Assembly: GCF_021028975.2 (NCBI RefSeq)
Contig: NC_059426.1
Location: forward strand, 126,294,001-126,358,000
Origin: Sphaerodactylus townsendi
Taxonomy: Eukaryota
Length of the DNA: 64,000 nucleotides
Reading direction: 5' to 3'
This document shows, one piece after another, positions 61,782 through 64,000 of the stretch. The translations under genes were made by a program, and so were the position numbers. The first letter of the stretch is position 1. Every line of letters begins with the position of its first letter. The notes beneath the pieces were generated by a model. The model ran no database searches, was not told where the DNA came from, and saw only the letters and a program-made list of their open reading frames with translations.

Positions 61782-62012
61782 TGTATTGTCAGAAGGCTTT
61801 CCTTGGACCAGTTGAGGAATCATTGGGGTTCTGTGTGGTTTCTGGGCTGTATGGCCGTGTTCTAGCAGCATTCTCTCCTGACGTTTCCCCTGCATCTGTG
61901 GCTGGCATCTTCAGATCCTCTGAAGATCCTCTGAAGATGCCAGAACCACAGAATGCGATGGCGAAGCGTCAGGGAGAGCGAATGTTGCCGAACACGACCA
62001 TACAGCCCCAAC
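61782..62012. mobile_element. Penelope-like inverted pLTR palindrome
   Basis: Left arm close to family consensus, right arm with many indels; central GATCCTCTGAA duplication. Confidence 0.75.
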
Positions 62013-64000
62013 CGAAATTTCCACATAACTGTGTGGACCCCAGTTGTGTGATAGTTCACATGGACAATAGGAGTTGCTGGGGGCATCTCCCTTTCCCTTG
62101 TATCACCCTTCCTGCATTATTTCCCCTTTCCTATTTTCAACAACCCCTATATCCTCATCCTTTTTGCTGTCCCTTTCTCAGCCACTGGGGGAATCAGTTT
62201 GTTAAAGCTGCGGGTGCTCCTTTTAATCATTTTTGGGTTTTTAACCCTTCTCTTATTTTTTGTTTAGATTTCACATTTTTCTGCAAACATAGGGCCCTTT
62301 TCAAGGAAAGATCTGTCTTGCCTGTTCACAACTCCAGTCACCAGATGTAAGTATCCAAAATATTAGCCGACTTTGTTATAAGAATTTTAGATGGTGATAA
62401 TGCATTTGCAGATTATGCAGATGGACATCTTCCTAGACTCAGCAACAGGAAAACACCTACCCTCCTCCTGTGTGCTGAGGATAAATCCATACTTTCTCTT
62501 TCCAGGTGAGGACTCTGGTATCTTTTAAAGACATTTTTAAATTACTGCTCTTCAAATGACCTAAAGATAAATTATCAGGAGTTCAACATACTGGTATTTG
62601 AAAGGAAATTTATACACTGCAGGTAGACACTTGATGGTCAAACTCTGGAACAAGTTTAGAATTTCCAATATGTGGGCTTAAATTTTCATCACTCCCTATC
62701 TTGGTCCACACACAGACAAGATGCCCTGCAAAAGGTCATGCGGGCCTACAGTCGTGCTACATCTTTTTACTGTGCAGATTACCTAAAGAATTTAACAGTC
62801 GCTCATTATTGCTGCTTTCCAACCAAAGCTAGATTAAATCTTTTCCTGCCAGAAGTACTCCAAGGTAGATAGTTGGGAGTTCTGTATCAGTCCAGACTTT
62901 GTACCTGCAGTCTTCAGGAACTTGAAACCCTGTCACACATTATTTTAACTTGTAATCACTATGCATGTGAATGGTATAGCAGGATTTCTCCATTACTGAT
63001 GAGGTTAAACTTTAATTCTGTGCAGTCTTGAATGAAATTCTTATTAGAGGATAAAAAGCCTTCATATTACCTTAATGCTGGCAAAATTCTTAGCGGGGTT
63101 TCTCAGGAGTAAGAATCAGAGATTACTTGAGACAAACTATCTATAATGATCAGATGTATATATTTCATAATTGTCATGTATTTAGTTGTATGAGCTAAAT
63201 TAAATGTATAATCTCTGTGTTTTTACATGAATCTACTGACCGCAATAAATTTTGTTATCATTATGTATTTGCATTGATATACATTGGGTTTTTCCTCTCT
63301 TCATGAAGAAACGTACTCTTTAATTCACCATATAAAGCTTTGCTAATGAAGAAACCATTACTTGTATTGTCGAAAGCATTACTTGCTCTCTGTTCTGAAG
63401 ATCTTTTGCTCCCCCGTGTGACAAGGTATGGAATAGATTATCTGAAGGTAGAGAACTTGGCATCCTTGAAATTCTCAGCTCAATCCCGTTACCATTGACA
63501 ACCCCTAACTACTTGTGGGAGTAACAATTTTTATATTCTCATAGTTAACATCCACATCACTTCACATTTAAAATCATATAGTAAAAGGACTTCATGATCC
63601 CGCTTTGGTTCTAAATGCACAGAGCATGGGAATTGAATTGTTCGACTTTAAAAAAAATTATTAAACATGATGATAACCAGTTGAACAGTATTTTAAATGA
63701 CCTGAACTCAAAATATCACATAGCATCAGTGTGGGAGGTGGAGTATCAAACCATTTTCAATTTTTCAAAAGAATGGTTTGTCAAGTCATAAATTAGAAGT
63801 GTTATTGAAGTAATATTTTTCCCAAAAAAATGTTTCCTTATTTGACAGATGGCTATAACAATTAAGGAATTCCATTTCAGTTCATCAGACTGCTGGATCA
63901 ATGCACTCTGTTGTACACTGATAATCTTCACAATCTTTGTGGGTTTTCCAGGCAGCTGACCTTGGTCAAATGGCGGAACTGGTTTAATCGCTCATATTGT

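Noticed and set aside
61781-62350. 189-aa ORF
   Set aside because: Runs through a Penelope palindrome into low-complexity sequence; the indel-rich right arm may include sequencing error.
61140-63430. Candidate small plus-strand exons after pyrimidine tracts (~61145, ~62506, ~63401)
   Set aside because: Splice-like signals only; no coherent reading frame or homology.

Overview
Vertebrate genomic DNA from a squamate reptile, most likely a gecko judging from the repeat content. The window is syntenic with human 15q15.1. From left to right it holds: the 5' coding exons of KNL1 (minus strand, SILK and RVSF motifs, CDE/CHR promoter); a tRNA-Ser(GCT) gene divergent from the KNL1 promoter; RPUSD2 (minus, 3 exons, GC-AG first intron); an intact PCMT1-like isoaspartyl methyltransferase gene (minus, 8 coding exons); CCDC32 (plus, 3 coding exons); and a CpG-rich probable promoter near 58.2-58.7 kb whose gene I cannot identify. 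Nearly all other ORFs in the six-frame track are intronic or repeat-derived. The most interesting item is the PCMT1-like gene. It has an in-frame hydrophobic, signal-peptide-like N-terminal extension and a distant 13-nt terminal exon adding a KDEL-like RDEI end, which is the design of an ER-luminal protein-repair methyltransferase. Other notable items are Penelope-derived palindromes carrying minimal hammerhead ribozyme motifs, two CR1 3' UTRs carrying locally templated insertions, a 5S-derived SINE with an RTE tail, and SPIN/hAT MITEs. Exon boundaries were read by eye from splice sites, phase continuity and remembered orthologue sequences. No database search was run.
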